A stretch of DNA of 64,000 bases, taken from Leptolyngbyales cyanobacterium (GTDB lineage Bacteria > Cyanobacteriota > Cyanobacteriia > Leptolyngbyales > Leptolyngbyaceae). The notes under the pieces are model-generated. The model made no database searches, was not told where the DNA came from, and was given only the letters and a program-made list of their open reading frames with translations. The stretch is from NCBI GenBank assembly GCA_038227635.1, contig JBBRPT010000006.1, positions 1-64,000 on the forward strand, written 5' to 3'. Below are positions 1-10,242 of the stretch, in pieces. Made by a program: the position numbers and the translations under genes. Position 1 is the stretch's first letter; the number at the start of each line of letters is the position of its first letter.

Positions 1-100
1 GGGCGCGAGTCAGTTCTCGAACCGTTCGGATGCCTTGATTGCAGATTCGCTCCAACCACTGGCGCTCAGGCTTGGTTAGTGTAATTTCAACTCGCTTCAT
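1..100 (-). CDS. IS630-family transposase, N-terminal HTH fragment (5' partial; gene runs off the window start)
   Basis: The reverse complement of 1-100 translates to MKRVEITLTKPERQWLERICNQGIRTVRELTRA. This is a typical IS630/Tc1 OrfA helix-turn-helix N-terminus. It is truncated by the window edge. Confidence 0.4.
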   Translation of the reverse strand, partial: MKRVEITLTKPERQWLERICNQGIRTVRELTRA

Positions 101-195
101 TCCTCTTTATATGTTGCATTACTTTTGTCTCAGTATACTAGTATCTAAATGTCTTGTTGGTTGAGACACCCTTTACAGCGTACCAACCAGCATCG

Positions 196-1551
196 TTAAA
201 CCTCAACAGTCATCTTTGGTTCAGCAGCGACTCGCGTATTCTCTTCTCCAGGTTGCTGTCCTACTGCATCTCGGAGAGTAATCAGTCGAGCACCTCGATT
301 GCGAGTGAAATAATTCCACCCCCACTGAATCATCACAATCAGCTTGTTATCAAACTCGATCAAGTAGTAAATGTGAGCCACCACCCAAACAAACCAGGCA
401 ATGATTCCAGAAAAGCGGATAAACCCTAGATCAACAACTGCCGCATTTTGCCCAATCACTGCTAAGCTGCCCACCTCAAAATAAGAGAAAGCAGGCAGCA
501 CCTTTTCTTTAAAGCGCTTTTGGATCAGTTTTGCAACATATTCACCCTGCTGCATCGCTACTGGAGCCACTCCCGGTAAAGGCTTGTCAGTTTGGTGAGC
601 AAAGTGGGCTAAATCGCCAATCACAAAAATATTGGGATGGTTTGGCACACTTAAATTGGGTTCGACGATAACGCGCCCCGATCGATCCAGACTTGCTCCA
701 GTCTTTTTCGCCAACACCTCGCCCATGGCAGACGCTTTCACCCCAGCCGCCCAAAGAATCGTTCGAGACGGAATCTGCTCGACTCCGGTTTCACGCTCGA
801 TCGTGACGACATAATCTGCAATGTTGGTGACTTTCGTTTTAGTTTGCACTGTCACGCCGCGGGCGGTCAGCGTTTCTTCTGCTTTTGCAGACAGGTCAGG
901 CGAGTAAGGAGGCAGAACTCGATCGAGTCCTTCAAGCAGCAAAATTTGAGTCTCAGTCGTGTCGATGCTGCGGAAGTCTTCTTTGAGCGTCTTATATGCC
1001 AGTTCGGCGATCGCACCAGCCAACTCAACTCCAGTCGGACCGCCACCCACAATTACAAATGTCAACCAGGCTTTGCGCTTTTCGGGGTCTGTTTCCTTTT
1101 CGGCAGCTTCAAACGCCAAAAAGATGCGCCGACGCATTTCTAAAGCATCTTCGACAGTTTTTAACCCCGGTGCGTTGTCTTTCCAGTGCTCGTTGCCGAA
1201 ATAGTGATGGCTCACTCCTGTTGCTACGATCAGCGTGTCGTAGGGCAATTCTTGCTCTCGCAGCGTCACAACTTGGCGATCGGGGTCAATATCTGCAACC
1301 TCCTCCATCAACACGCTCGTATTTTTGCTGCGACTGAGAATTGAGCGCAACGGCGAGGAAATATCTGCTGGAGAGAGTGTCCCGGTTGCGACTTGATAGA
1401 GAAGGGGCTGAAACAGATGAAAATTGCGTTTGTCAACGAGGGTAACATCGACAGGAGCGTGGCGTAAGGCTTTTGCAGCATAGAGTCCACCAAATCCACC
1501 GCCAATGATTACGACCCGATGCTTAGGTGACTGTTCAGTTGAGTTATCCAT
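196..1551 (-). CDS. Type II NADH dehydrogenase (NDH-2), FAD-dependent pyridine nucleotide-disulfide oxidoreductase
   Basis: 451 aa. N-terminal Rossmann motif VVIIGGGFGGLYAA and a second dinucleotide motif VIVGGGPTGVE. The overall NDH-2 architecture is present. Confidence 0.88.
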   Translation of the reverse strand: MDNSTEQSPKHRVVIIGGGFGGLYAAKALRHAPVDVTLVDKRNFHLFQPLLYQVATGTLSPADISSPLRSILSRSKNTSVLMEEVADIDPDRQVVTLREQELPYDTLIVATGVSHHYFGNEHWKDNAPGLKTVEDALEMRRRIFLAFEAAEKETDPEKRKAWLTFVIVGGGPTGVELAGAIAELAYKTLKEDFRSIDTTETQILLLEGLDRVLPPYSPDLSAKAEETLTARGVTVQTKTKVTNIADYVVTIERETGVEQIPSRTILWAAGVKASAMGEVLAKKTGASLDRSGRVIVEPNLSVPNHPNIFVIGDLAHFAHQTDKPLPGVAPVAMQQGEYVAKLIQKRFKEKVLPAFSYFEVGSLAVIGQNAAVVDLGFIRFSGIIAWFVWVVAHIYYLIEFDNKLIVMIQWGWNYFTRNRGARLITLRDAVGQQPGEENTRVAAEPKMTVEV

Positions 1552-1906
1552 TAGTTATCTATGAAAGATGCTGAGCTGAGTGAGGGAATGGATCGAGATG
1601 AGCAGAAACCGATCGACAGGAGCCATTGACTAACCATACTTATTCCTACTAGTTTAGTCAGCCTTATCAGGGATCTAGTAGCTCTCGTTACGGGGATCAA
1701 AGAATTTCTTAGAAAATCTCGATCGCTAGACTTACATCAGTCATTTCTTGACTTATTGATGTTGAAATAATCATCGTGAAGGACGTGCCAGCGCAAAATA
1801 GTGTCTGCTTTAAACAATCTCTACGGAGGAATTTGATAGGGTTCTAGAGAGATTCAAAGGAATCTTTTGTAGCTCAAGGTTCTCAATCCTCTACCTAGAA
1901 AAAGTT

Positions 1907-2194
1907 ATGCAAAAATATGGCGTTCATCAAGAGGCTCCAACCAATGCTTGGATTATCCAAGTTTGGGTCTCATTCCTGCTTTCAGCCTCGGCAACTACGA
2001 TTGGCATTCTCAATCTTCCTGCAAACGACTGGGTTAAAGGCTATATGGGAATGGGGGTTCTGTTCTCGATCGGTTCAACCTTCAGCTTGGCAAAAACGAC
2101 CCGTGACGTTCATGAGTCAAAACGCCTAGTTTCAAGAGTTGATGAAGCTAAACTCGAAAAAATGCTGACCGAGCATGATCCCTTTAACAAGTAG
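1907..2194 (+). CDS. Small two-helix inner-membrane protein (YiaA/B-like)
   Basis: 95 aa with two hydrophobic helices (WIIQVWVSFLLSASATTIGILNL and GYMGMGVLFSIGSTFSLA) and a charged C-terminal tail. Confidence 0.45.
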   Translation: MQKYGVHQEAPTNAWIIQVWVSFLLSASATTIGILNLPANDWVKGYMGMGVLFSIGSTFSLAKTTRDVHESKRLVSRVDEAKLEKMLTEHDPFNK

Positions 2195-2306
2195 TGTCAG
2201 GAATTGAGCGCATAATCGTGAAGCCAAGAGAACGATCATCCACCGATCTCGTCTGATCCCAGCAATTGACTAGAATGATTCATGATAATTCCGTGATTTT
2301 TTACCT

Positions 2307-4595
2307 GTGCCCTCTCCCCGCATGACTCAGCCGCCCCTTCCGCCCCGCAAATCGCAGACCCTCTTGGGAAGCCTCACCCAAGCGGTGCAAACTCTGACCA
2401 AAATTAACTTCTCAAAGCTGCGGCTTAAGCCCAATGCGAGAGTGCCAGAGTTGTTGCTGCAAGAGGCAGATGCACCCACAGCAGACAAGTTTCCACTATT
2501 GGGCGATCGCTACTTGTTAGGGCGCAGTTCTAAATCCTGCGATATCGTAGTGCGAAATCCGGTGGTGAGTCAGGTGCACCTGTCGTTACATCGGCAGCGA
2601 CGGCACAGGCTCCTAGGGCTTTTGGGGCGAACTCGATTTGAGCTACGAGACGAAAACTCAACCAATGGCGTTTATCGCGGCAAGCGCAGACTCAAGTCAA
2701 CCACGCTCTATGATGGCGATGTGTTATCACTTGGTCCGCCAGAGTTAGCGGCGGCAGTGCGATTGCAATACGTTGATCCCCGCCCCTGGTACGTGCAAGC
2801 GATTCGATATGGGCTGTTTGGGATCAGTGGTGTGACTGCGTTAGCGGTGTTAGCTGTCGGGTTTGAGTGGCAGCGGTTTAGTGTTTATCCACTTCCGGTA
2901 TCGGTTCAAGGTCCGGTTGTGGTGTTTTCTAGAGAAGGGCAAACCCTTCGCACGCCACGCACCCAGACTCACGCCGAGTTGCCTCAGCTTAGAGACTTCT
3001 CACCCTATTTGCCCAGAGCGATTATGGCATCTGAAGACTCTCGCTATTATTGGCATCTTGGTGTAGACCCGATCGGGACGCTCCGCGCCCTAGTCGCTAA
3101 TATTCGGGGCGGTGCGATCCGCGAGGGAGGCAGCACAGTTACTCAGCAGCTGGCTCGAAATCTGCTCAGTGAATATGTCGGTCGTCAAGATTCGGCAGGT
3201 CGCAAGATTCGAGAAGCGATCGTGGCTCTGAAACTCGAAACCGTCTATAGCAAAGAGTTTTTGCTGCGAACGTATCTCAATCGGGTCTATTTAGGTAGTG
3301 GTATTTATGGCTTTGAAGACGCAGCACAGTTCTATTTCGCAAAATCTGCTAAAGAACTAAGCCTTTCAGAAGCCGCCACTCTAGTAGGCATTTTGCCTGC
3401 ACCCAACAGTTTTAACCCTGTACGAAACTATAAAGCCGCGATCGAATATCGCGATCGCGTGATTAGCCGCATGGCAGAGCAGGGTGCAGTCTCTCAAGAA
3501 GAAGCTCAACGCGCCCGTCGATCGCGGATTGACATCAGTCCTAAAGCACGGCAAGAACTGCAAAGCACGATCGCCCCTTACTACTACAGTCAGGTTTTTA
3601 ACGAGTTAGAAGACTTGTTGGGCAAACAGTTGGCTCAAGAAGGCAATTTCATTGTGCGAACCGGACTCGATAGCCAGATGCAGACTAAAGCTGAAACGAG
3701 TCTGCGAAGTGCGATCGCCAATAATGGAGCCAGTGCTGGATATTCTCAGGGATCGCTAGTGACGATCGATGCACCATCGGGCGAGATTCGCTCCATGGTC
3801 GGAGGCTATGATTATGAAGAAAGTGAGTTTAATCGCGCCACTCAGGCACACCGCCAACCCGGTTCGACCTTCAAAATTTTCACTTACACAGCGGCGATCG
3901 CTCAAGGCATTTCACCCAGCACTCCCTATTCTTGTGCCCCGTTAGACTGGAGCGGACAGTATTACGAGGGCTGTCACGCTGGCAGCGGCAGTCTGGATAT
4001 GTATAGCGGACTAGCCCGATCGGAGAATGTGATCGCGCTGAGAATTGCTCAAGAAGTTGGGTTGGGAAAGCTAGTCGAGACGGCTCAAAAGATGGGCATT
4101 CAATCAAAGTTGAACCCAGTGCCGGGGCTGGTTTTAGGACAAAGCGAAGTCACTCCTTTAGAGATGACAGGAGCGTTCTCGGTGCTGGCAAATCGCGGGG
4201 TTCGCACTCGTCCCCACACCATTAGCCGCATTTTAGATAGCAGTGACTGCCCCGATCGTAAAAATCTCGATACCTGTCGAGAGATTTATAACGCCCAGAA
4301 AGATGGGGATCAAAACCAAATTGTCCTTGAGCCAGGAGTAGCAGATACGATGACGGCTCTTCTTCAAGGAGTGGTGCAAAGCGGGACAGGAAGGAGTGCC
4401 TCTCTAGGATTGGGAGAAGCCGGAAAAACAGGAACCACAAACGACAACGTTGATTTATGGTTTATCGGTTATGTGCCTAGTCGATCATTGGTGACAGGCG
4501 TTTGGCTAGGCAATGATAACAATGCTCCTACAGGTGGAAATAGCGGACAAGCGGCTCAGCTTTGGGGCGATTATATGAAACAGATTGTGCGCTGA
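2307..4595 (+). CDS. Class A penicillin-binding protein (transglycosylase + transpeptidase) with an N-terminal FHA domain
   Basis: 762 aa. The N-terminus is FHA-like (LLGRSSKSCDIVVRNPVVSQVHLSL...NSTNGVYRGKRRL). It carries a TM helix, GT51 motifs (EDSRYYWHLGVDP, GGSTVTQQLARN) and a transpeptidase domain (STFKIF). Confidence 0.85.
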   Translation: MPSPRMTQPPLPPRKSQTLLGSLTQAVQTLTKINFSKLRLKPNARVPELLLQEADAPTADKFPLLGDRYLLGRSSKSCDIVVRNPVVSQVHLSLHRQRRHRLLGLLGRTRFELRDENSTNGVYRGKRRLKSTTLYDGDVLSLGPPELAAAVRLQYVDPRPWYVQAIRYGLFGISGVTALAVLAVGFEWQRFSVYPLPVSVQGPVVVFSREGQTLRTPRTQTHAELPQLRDFSPYLPRAIMASEDSRYYWHLGVDPIGTLRALVANIRGGAIREGGSTVTQQLARNLLSEYVGRQDSAGRKIREAIVALKLETVYSKEFLLRTYLNRVYLGSGIYGFEDAAQFYFAKSAKELSLSEAATLVGILPAPNSFNPVRNYKAAIEYRDRVISRMAEQGAVSQEEAQRARRSRIDISPKARQELQSTIAPYYYSQVFNELEDLLGKQLAQEGNFIVRTGLDSQMQTKAETSLRSAIANNGASAGYSQGSLVTIDAPSGEIRSMVGGYDYEESEFNRATQAHRQPGSTFKIFTYTAAIAQGISPSTPYSCAPLDWSGQYYEGCHAGSGSLDMYSGLARSENVIALRIAQEVGLGKLVETAQKMGIQSKLNPVPGLVLGQSEVTPLEMTGAFSVLANRGVRTRPHTISRILDSSDCPDRKNLDTCREIYNAQKDGDQNQIVLEPGVADTMTALLQGVVQSGTGRSASLGLGEAGKTGTTNDNVDLWFIGYVPSRSLVTGVWLGNDNNAPTGGNSGQAAQLWGDYMKQIVR

Positions 4596-4694
4596 TCAGC
4601 TCCCTTTCAAGATCAGATTTCCCTGACTTTATCCAATCGATTCACCCGAAAAAGTGATGTCTTTTCGTTAAGTTACCTCTATCTGAAAGTTAGT

Positions 4695-4802
4695 AACGCG
4701 ATGTGCGACTTTCCTAAAACACCCGCAAAGACTGCCCTCACCCAACCCCTCTCCTGTGGGAGAAGGGTTGGGGGTGAGGGTAAATTAATTGCACATCGCG
4801 TT
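4695..4802. repeat. MITE-like TIR-bounded repeat, copy 1 (internally deleted, inverted relative to copies 2 and 3)
   Basis: Terminal inverted repeats AACGCGATGTGC / GCACATCGCGTT. The internal hairpin is CCCTCTCCTGTGGGAGAAGGG. Sequence homology to the 8577 and 13565 copies on the opposite strand. Confidence 0.8.
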
Positions 4803-5163
4803 TAGTAGAGCGATGATTAAAGACGAACCTGAGGGTCATCACAAATAATACTTTGGGCGTTTTTTTGGACGGTTCACAAAAGTTAAAGAACTGACAGCGT
4901 CAAACTTGAGCTATTTTTCCAAAGTTGGCTCCTCACCTGCGTTAGGAAAAAGAGTCTACCCACAGCAAGGTAAGGGTTTAAGCTTTAGAATCTGCTCAAA
5001 TTTCAGCTAAAGTATTGTTATTAATATACTTAGCTGAGACGCACTGATAAATAACTGATGTTAACGTCTGTCTTGGGATAGATTGTGGAAAAACTTTCTA
5101 AAATCTTTAATAAATGCATAGCATCAACCGAGCAAACTGTCGTTTTTAGAAAACCAAAAGGTT

Positions 5164-5526
5164 ATGAATTATTGGGTGCAGATATCACAAATAAATTCAA
5201 TTCAGGCGCTGAGAGCAGCAGAGCAGGCTTCTCGGTCTACTGTCCCTTTCTCTAGACTGATTCCCCCTGAGCGAGTCGGCTTAGATGGAGACTATGATCA
5301 CAGTGGGTTATCAAAACGAGTGATGTCCGCTTTCCAAGAGCAGTTTGAAGTCAGTGAAATTGCTCAACTGCAAGTACTGCAACGAGGCAGAGTAATCATT
5401 TTTTTAGGTAGAGTTTCCAACTCGCAACTGTTAACTCGTCTAATCAATGTTGCGCTAGAAGTTCACGGTGCATCAACCGTAGAAACTCACGGTGTAATGG
5501 TTTTAGATGAAATGAAAATCAGCTAA
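5164..5526 (+). CDS. Hypothetical protein
   Basis: 120-aa ORF in a clear intergenic gap. No motif recognised. Confidence 0.35.
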   Translation: MNYWVQISQINSIQALRAAEQASRSTVPFSRLIPPERVGLDGDYDHSGLSKRVMSAFQEQFEVSEIAQLQVLQRGRVIIFLGRVSNSQLLTRLINVALEVHGASTVETHGVMVLDEMKIS

Positions 5527-6011
5527 ACAATCTGACATTTAATACCATAGCTTTCTAACAAATTGCATGTCTCGTGATCGGTAATGTTGGTGTCGCTGAG
5601 TTCGAGGCTATAGAAATTTACGACATCGGCATCAAAGTAAGGTCCTGCGTGCCAGGTGTCTACTCCTAACTTAATGAAGCAGTTGCCGGGGATACGAAAC
5701 GCTTTCAAACTTTCTAAATCAGGATGATCGTTTGCCCCGATCGCTACTGCCATCAGCCATTCTTTTCCCTCAAGAGAGCCTAGACATTGAGTGCATTGTC
5801 GATGACGAGTGATGTGATGAAACATGCGACCTCGATCGTGCAATCGCATGATATAAAATCGAGGAATACCATTTTGAAGCTGTAGTTGAGCGTCGTGCTG
5901 ATCATAGGCTTTGCCGTCATCTGAAGCGCTGATTAATTGACCATACCGCTGGAATCCTTCAGGGGTAATCAGATCTGCTTGAAGCGATTGCAGGGAGTAA
6001 GTATCCGTCAT
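5523..6011 (-). CDS. Ureidoglycolate lyase-like cupin (AllA family)
   Basis: 162 aa. The C-terminal half (FRIPGNCFIKLGVDTWHAGPYF...SDTNITDHETCNL) resembles AllA (GVNYHRNVWHHP...GGSDNCDVESIP). Confidence 0.45.
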   Translation of the reverse strand: MTDTYSLQSLQADLITPEGFQRYGQLISASDDGKAYDQHDAQLQLQNGIPRFYIMRLHDRGRMFHHITRHRQCTQCLGSLEGKEWLMAVAIGANDHPDLESLKAFRIPGNCFIKLGVDTWHAGPYFDADVVNFYSLELSDTNITDHETCNLLESYGIKCQIV

Positions 6012-6095
6012 CAGAACCCGTCTCTAGGAAGACGTTGCTACAGCACCTTCTTTGTAGCATTGTTGGTGCTTCATGCGTCTAAAAGGACAGGTTTT

Positions 6096-6449
6096 ATGGC
6101 TAGCGTTCGTTCAGTTTTTAATCATCTTCGTCAAATCGTTGTTTCTACCTTGTTAATGGGTCTGCTGCTTTTCGCGATCGCCCCGGCAGCTCAAGCTGAG
6201 TATGCACCCGGTGCGCCTGAAAATCCTAGTGAAAAGCAAAAAACTCTCTACGAAGGCAAGCGCAATGTCGTCAACAGTCCAGGTGAACCTGCAAAAGCCA
6301 ATCTATCGACAAACGCTAATACATCGAGTGCATCAAGTCGAACTTCAGAGACAGTAAAGGCTAATGGTCAAGATCAGGCTGAAACTGCGATCGACAAATT
6401 GGTCAATAGAGTAGAAGCTACCTTTGACAACTTTAAGCAGCAGGATTAA
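6096..6449 (+). CDS. Small secreted low-complexity protein
   Basis: The ATG at 6096 gives MASVRSVFNHLRQIVVSTLLMGLLLFAIAPAAQA, a signal peptide with an AQA cleavage site, followed by S/T/N-rich sequence. The longer ORF in the track would overlap the upstream gene. Confidence 0.45.
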   Translation: MASVRSVFNHLRQIVVSTLLMGLLLFAIAPAAQAEYAPGAPENPSEKQKTLYEGKRNVVNSPGEPAKANLSTNANTSSASSRTSETVKANGQDQAETAIDKLVNRVEATFDNFKQQD

Positions 6450-7099
6450 TGATGGACAGGGTGCTGACCGTAGAACGGAAGCACTTCTGACCAGTCGGAA
6501 CGGTGGTCTTGTTGCCATTGCAGGTGAGCAAGTTTAAGACTCGTAGTGACTTGCTCACCTTGCTCAGCTTTTGCCTCAATTAATTGGTAGGGCGTGTCCC
6601 AAGTTGAAAGAATCTGCTGCCACGCCTCATAGATGAGCACGGCATCCGGTAAAAGAGCGGTCAACCCAACTGAAGAATTTTGATAAATGGCAGCATATAG
6701 CTCTCCGCGCTGGGCGGGCATTTGAACAGCGATCGTGCCTTCATGCTCAGAGTGAGCGATCGCCGCCAAGCTTGACACCCCAAATAACGGAATCTGCAAT
6801 TGCTGCGCTAAAGTTCTCGCGGTTACGACTCCGATTCGCGTTCCGGTGAAGCCTCCAGGTCCGGTGGCGACAGCGATAAACGCCAGATCCGCCCAGGATT
6901 GAGGCTTTAAAAAATCGGATAGCGATGAGTGAAGATGGGTTGACAAATCGCGTCCTAATTTCCAGACTTGGTGGCGATCGTCGCCTGCAAAGTTATCGAT
7001 CGCTAAGCCTAAATCAGGACTGCTGGTGTGAAGGGCGATTCCGTAGGTTGATTCGAGATTCGACAATGGAGTTATTAACCTGACCGATTTGCCATTCAT
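6446..7099 (-). CDS. tsaB: tRNA threonylcarbamoyladenosine biosynthesis protein TsaB (YeaZ)
   Basis: 217 aa. Has the LAIDN...AFIAVATGPGGFTGTRIGVVTARTLAQQL...LFGVSSLAAIA signature of the inactive Kae1/TsaD paralog. Confidence 0.85.
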   Translation of the reverse strand: MNGKSVRLITPLSNLESTYGIALHTSSPDLGLAIDNFAGDDRHQVWKLGRDLSTHLHSSLSDFLKPQSWADLAFIAVATGPGGFTGTRIGVVTARTLAQQLQIPLFGVSSLAAIAHSEHEGTIAVQMPAQRGELYAAIYQNSSVGLTALLPDAVLIYEAWQQILSTWDTPYQLIEAKAEQGEQVTTSLKLAHLQWQQDHRSDWSEVLPFYGQHPVHH

Positions 7100-7152
7100 T
7101 ATCTCATTAGAGCTGTCATTATTAGATGTTGCAATCTACGTTGTCAATTCTC

Positions 7153-8544
7153 TCAATTTGAGAAAGTGGCTTCTTTGATTTCACCCGACTTCCCAAACAC
7201 TAGATCGGGTGTTTGATTAGATGAAACCATTAACGATCCTGCATCTTGTGCCTGTAGAGTAATTTGCTGGTTCGCGCTCCAAGTTCGGCAATTTCCTTGA
7301 GGCAAGATACCTTGAAACACTTGGATTCCGTCTACTGTAATGGAAATTTGGGTTTGATTAATCATCAAAATTGAGATCTGAACAGGCGAGTGAGGGATTG
7401 CGACCCTGGCAGGTTGAGCCGAGGGTTTGACAAACTGTTTGAGCGTGCGAGACGGGGGAGCGATCGATCGAGACACACTCATCATAAAGACTGGCAGACT
7501 CAACACAATCAGCGCTGCTGGAAATGACCAATTACTAATTCTTAGCGATTGATGTGAAGCAGATCGCGTCGCCGACTTTGATGTGGATCTCAATGAGAGT
7601 ATGGGTGGCTGAGCATCAAAAGCGATCGTCGGAGTCCCTAAATTTTTAGCACTGTGCCAATGAGCGACACTTGGCGGAGACAAATCGACGAGGACTGACT
7701 CTGCCGATCGATAGCGTCGATTGGTCGCACTTTCTAAGAGTTTGTCCAAAACAGTTGCGAGGGCATTGCTGACGGGAGTGGTCACATAATCGCGCCAAAT
7801 CCACCGCCCTTCGGTGCCGTCAAACAAGTCAAACGGCGACATTTGCGTCAGGAGATGAATGCACGTCACGCCCAAACTATAGAGATCGCTCGAAAATAAT
7901 GCCTTGCCGCGAATCTGCTCTGGAGCCGTATATTCTGCGCTCCCGATCATCGTTCCTGTTTTGAGCAACGCCGTCCCAGTCGCAAATTTAGCAGCACCTA
8001 AATCGACCAAAACAAGGGTTCGATCGTCAGAGCGACGAATGATATTGGCAGGTTTTATATCGCGATGAATGACGTGATGAGCATGAATAAACTGCAAGAT
8101 GGGAAGCAGATTTCGTAACAGTTGACAAATCTGATCTTCAGTAAACGCGCCGCTCTGTGATTCTTTCTCTAACGTCTCTCCATCAATCCATTCTTGAATT
8201 AGATATTGCTGGCGATCGTGTTCTAAATAAGCCAGCAGCGTCGGAATTTGAGGGTGATGCCCTAACTGTTCTAACCGATGGGCTTCTTGCTGAAATAGCT
8301 GAGAGGCTGGTTTGAACAAAGTCGGATCTTGCTGTTGCGGAAAAAACTGTTTAACCACGCAGCGAGGTTTGAGAACCTCTGCCTCATTCACGGCAAGAAA
8401 CGTTCTACCAAACCCACCTTGAGCGATCGGACTCAACGCCAAGTATTGATTTTGCAGCCGCAACGTCGAGCCGCAGCAATGGCAAGCTTCAGCCCCATCA
8501 GAATTTTGCGGTTTGGCACAGGTGAAGTTTAGGCAATAACTCAT
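7153..8544 (-). CDS. Ser/Thr protein kinase with N-terminal Cys4 zinc ribbon and a C-terminal domain of unknown function
   Basis: N-terminal CAKP...CHCCGS, then kinase motifs GGFGRTFLA, HRDIKPANII, DLGAAK and SAEYTAPE. Confidence 0.85.
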   Translation of the reverse strand: MSYCLNFTCAKPQNSDGAEACHCCGSTLRLQNQYLALSPIAQGGFGRTFLAVNEAEVLKPRCVVKQFFPQQQDPTLFKPASQLFQQEAHRLEQLGHHPQIPTLLAYLEHDRQQYLIQEWIDGETLEKESQSGAFTEDQICQLLRNLLPILQFIHAHHVIHRDIKPANIIRRSDDRTLVLVDLGAAKFATGTALLKTGTMIGSAEYTAPEQIRGKALFSSDLYSLGVTCIHLLTQMSPFDLFDGTEGRWIWRDYVTTPVSNALATVLDKLLESATNRRYRSAESVLVDLSPPSVAHWHSAKNLGTPTIAFDAQPPILSLRSTSKSATRSASHQSLRISNWSFPAALIVLSLPVFMMSVSRSIAPPSRTLKQFVKPSAQPARVAIPHSPVQISILMINQTQISITVDGIQVFQGILPQGNCRTWSANQQITLQAQDAGSLMVSSNQTPDLVFGKSGEIKEATFSN

Positions 8545-8576
8545 GGCAGCACCCGAAAGTTAAGAAGACGGGATGT

Positions 8577-8720
8577 AACGCGATGTGCAACTAATTTGCC
8601 CTCACCCCCAACCCCTCTCCTGCGGGAGAGGGGCGCTAGAAATCTTGTTCCCTTTCCTGCGGGAGAGGGCTAGGGTGAGGGCAGTCTTTGCGGGTGTTTT
8701 AGGAAAGTCGCACATCGCAT
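8577..8720. repeat. MITE-like TIR-bounded repeat, copy 2 (full length)
   Basis: TIR AACGCGATGTGC...GCACATCGC. Two internal hairpins (CCCTCTCCTGCGGGAGAGGG and CCTTTCCTGCGGGAGAGGGC). About 90% identical to the copy at 13565-13693. Confidence 0.85.
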
Positions 8721-9033
8721 GGATGTATCTAGATTCGTTTGGTGCGATCGCAATCCGTAGAGTTTGACGATCGACGCTCCGTTTCATCGTTTGCAGACAA
8801 GCTTTAGGCGGTTGAATGCAAGCGGCTTATGGGAATGGCACCGATCGATTGATCTAAAGATTACTCATATCAAGTTTTGCCTCATTAGAATAACTCACCT
8901 TGCTTCACTACCTACTCCTTACTTTCAAGCTCCTGTTCTCCGAATAAATCCTAGCCGCATAACCGTGAACTCAGGCAGCAAACAATCTTTGGCTCCTAAC
9001 TAACGATTAGTGACCGCCCGTTGCAGCGCATGA

Positions 9034-9597
9034 TTAGACATTGGGGTCATTGTCAGGATTGAGTTCCAACGTCATCAAGTGCTCATCGTAGAACTGTCCA
9101 TCTCGCGAAAATGTCTCCTGCTCAGTGCCGTAGATGCCGAAGCCGAGCGATTGATACAGGCGGATTGCTGCCACTTGTTGAGTCACGACGGTGAGGTTGA
9201 CTCTTCGGATGCCTGACGTGTTCGCTGCCCGACTCAACGCCTGTCGGACGATCGCTCTTCCGCAACCGCTGCGACGAAACGGAGGCATAACATAAAGTCC
9301 CCCAATATAAGCCCGGTGTTTCTCATTTTGAGCGGAATAGCGAGACAGCCGAACGATGCCGACGAGATGCTCATCCTGAAACGCTCCGAAGAAGCAACGG
9401 TCATCACTTTCCGCGAGTCTTGTGGCGGTCTCAGACAGGTTCGGTTCGTCTTCTGGAAGTGACCCAAACGCGGGCGGCTGTTCGTGAAGGGCACACAAAC
9501 GCACGACATGATATGCCTCTGCGTCGGCAGGAGCGAGTATGCGCACACTAAACGGCATAGTGCTGCGCTGAGGCTTGATGATTTGGTGATCGTCCAT
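9034..9597 (-). CDS. GNAT family N-acetyltransferase
   Basis: 187 aa with an acetyl-CoA binding motif (RRSGCGRAIVRQALSRA) and a GNAT fold pattern. Confidence 0.8.
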   Translation of the reverse strand: MDDHQIIKPQRSTMPFSVRILAPADAEAYHVVRLCALHEQPPAFGSLPEDEPNLSETATRLAESDDRCFFGAFQDEHLVGIVRLSRYSAQNEKHRAYIGGLYVMPPFRRSGCGRAIVRQALSRAANTSGIRRVNLTVVTQQVAAIRLYQSLGFGIYGTEQETFSRDGQFYDEHLMTLELNPDNDPNV

Positions 9598-9620
9598 AGA
9601 AAAAATGCAGCAATGCCTGA

Positions 9621-9911
9621 CTACTCTTTTTGCTGTTTTTCGATCGTCGCTTGTCTAAACCCCAGCACGACCAGAATATTAGAAAGGGTCAAAAACGATT
9701 CTGCACTGCCATGCAGCCAGTCTACGTTAGCTAGCTGATCGTGATAAGCCACCTGTGCATAAATGCCTGCGGGGATCGTAACGGCAACAAATACTAGGGT
9801 CATATAAAAGCCGATCAGCGCCAAACGAGGCGTAGCTTTAGAGCGAGTTAGAAACCACAAAAACGCAAGATAGGGAAATAGCGAAAGTCCAAATAGGGTT
9901 TCTTTAGTCAT
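9621..9911 (-). CDS. Small integral membrane protein (conserved cyanobacterial; DUF2499/DUF3593-type pair member)
   Basis: 96 aa with 3 predicted TM helices. It overlaps the upstream gene by 8 nt, which indicates translational coupling. Confidence 0.5.
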   Translation of the reverse strand: MTKETLFGLSLFPYLAFLWFLTRSKATPRLALIGFYMTLVFVAVTIPAGIYAQVAYHDQLANVDWLHGSAESFLTLSNILVVLGFRQATIEKQQKE

Positions 9912-10242
9912 GATTGATCGGGTCTTGATAACCGGATTTTTGAGGCAGATTTTTAGACGATCGCCAAATCCACCAGCCCGCGATCGCTAACGTGCAATTT
10001 CCCACGACCGTCATCGCGGCTTGCACAGTCACGACCCACTCTAACGAGACGGGATTGTCGAAAAAATGCCAGGTGCAGGCACACATCGCGCTAACCAACG
10101 CAGGCAACATTCCCAGTGAGAGCGATCGCCATGCCAAATTTCCACTGACTTCGGCATAGCGCCAAATCAGCCAGATTGCCGCAATCCATTCAATGACGCT
10201 AGAAACATGAATCACCCAGGTCGGGATTGATAGAACGTGCAT
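9904..10242 (-). CDS. Small integral membrane protein (partner of 9621-9911)
   Basis: 112 aa, Trp-rich TM helices, co-oriented with 9621-9911. Confidence 0.5.
   Translation of the reverse strand: MHVLSIPTWVIHVSSVIEWIAAIWLIWRYAEVSGNLAWRSLSLGMLPALVSAMCACTWHFFDNPVSLEWVVTVQAAMTVVGNCTLAIAGWWIWRSSKNLPQKSGYQDPINHD

Noticed and set aside
154-429. 91-aa ORF on the plus strand
   Set aside because: It is fully embedded antisense in the well-supported NDH-2 gene (196..1551, minus) and has no independent support.
8585-8787. Small ORFs 8585..8767(+), 8602..8787(-) and 13516..13725(+)
   Set aside because: They lie entirely within the MITE-like repeat copies. Their translations (PLSCGRG..., PLLWERARVR...) are the same repeat read in different frames.
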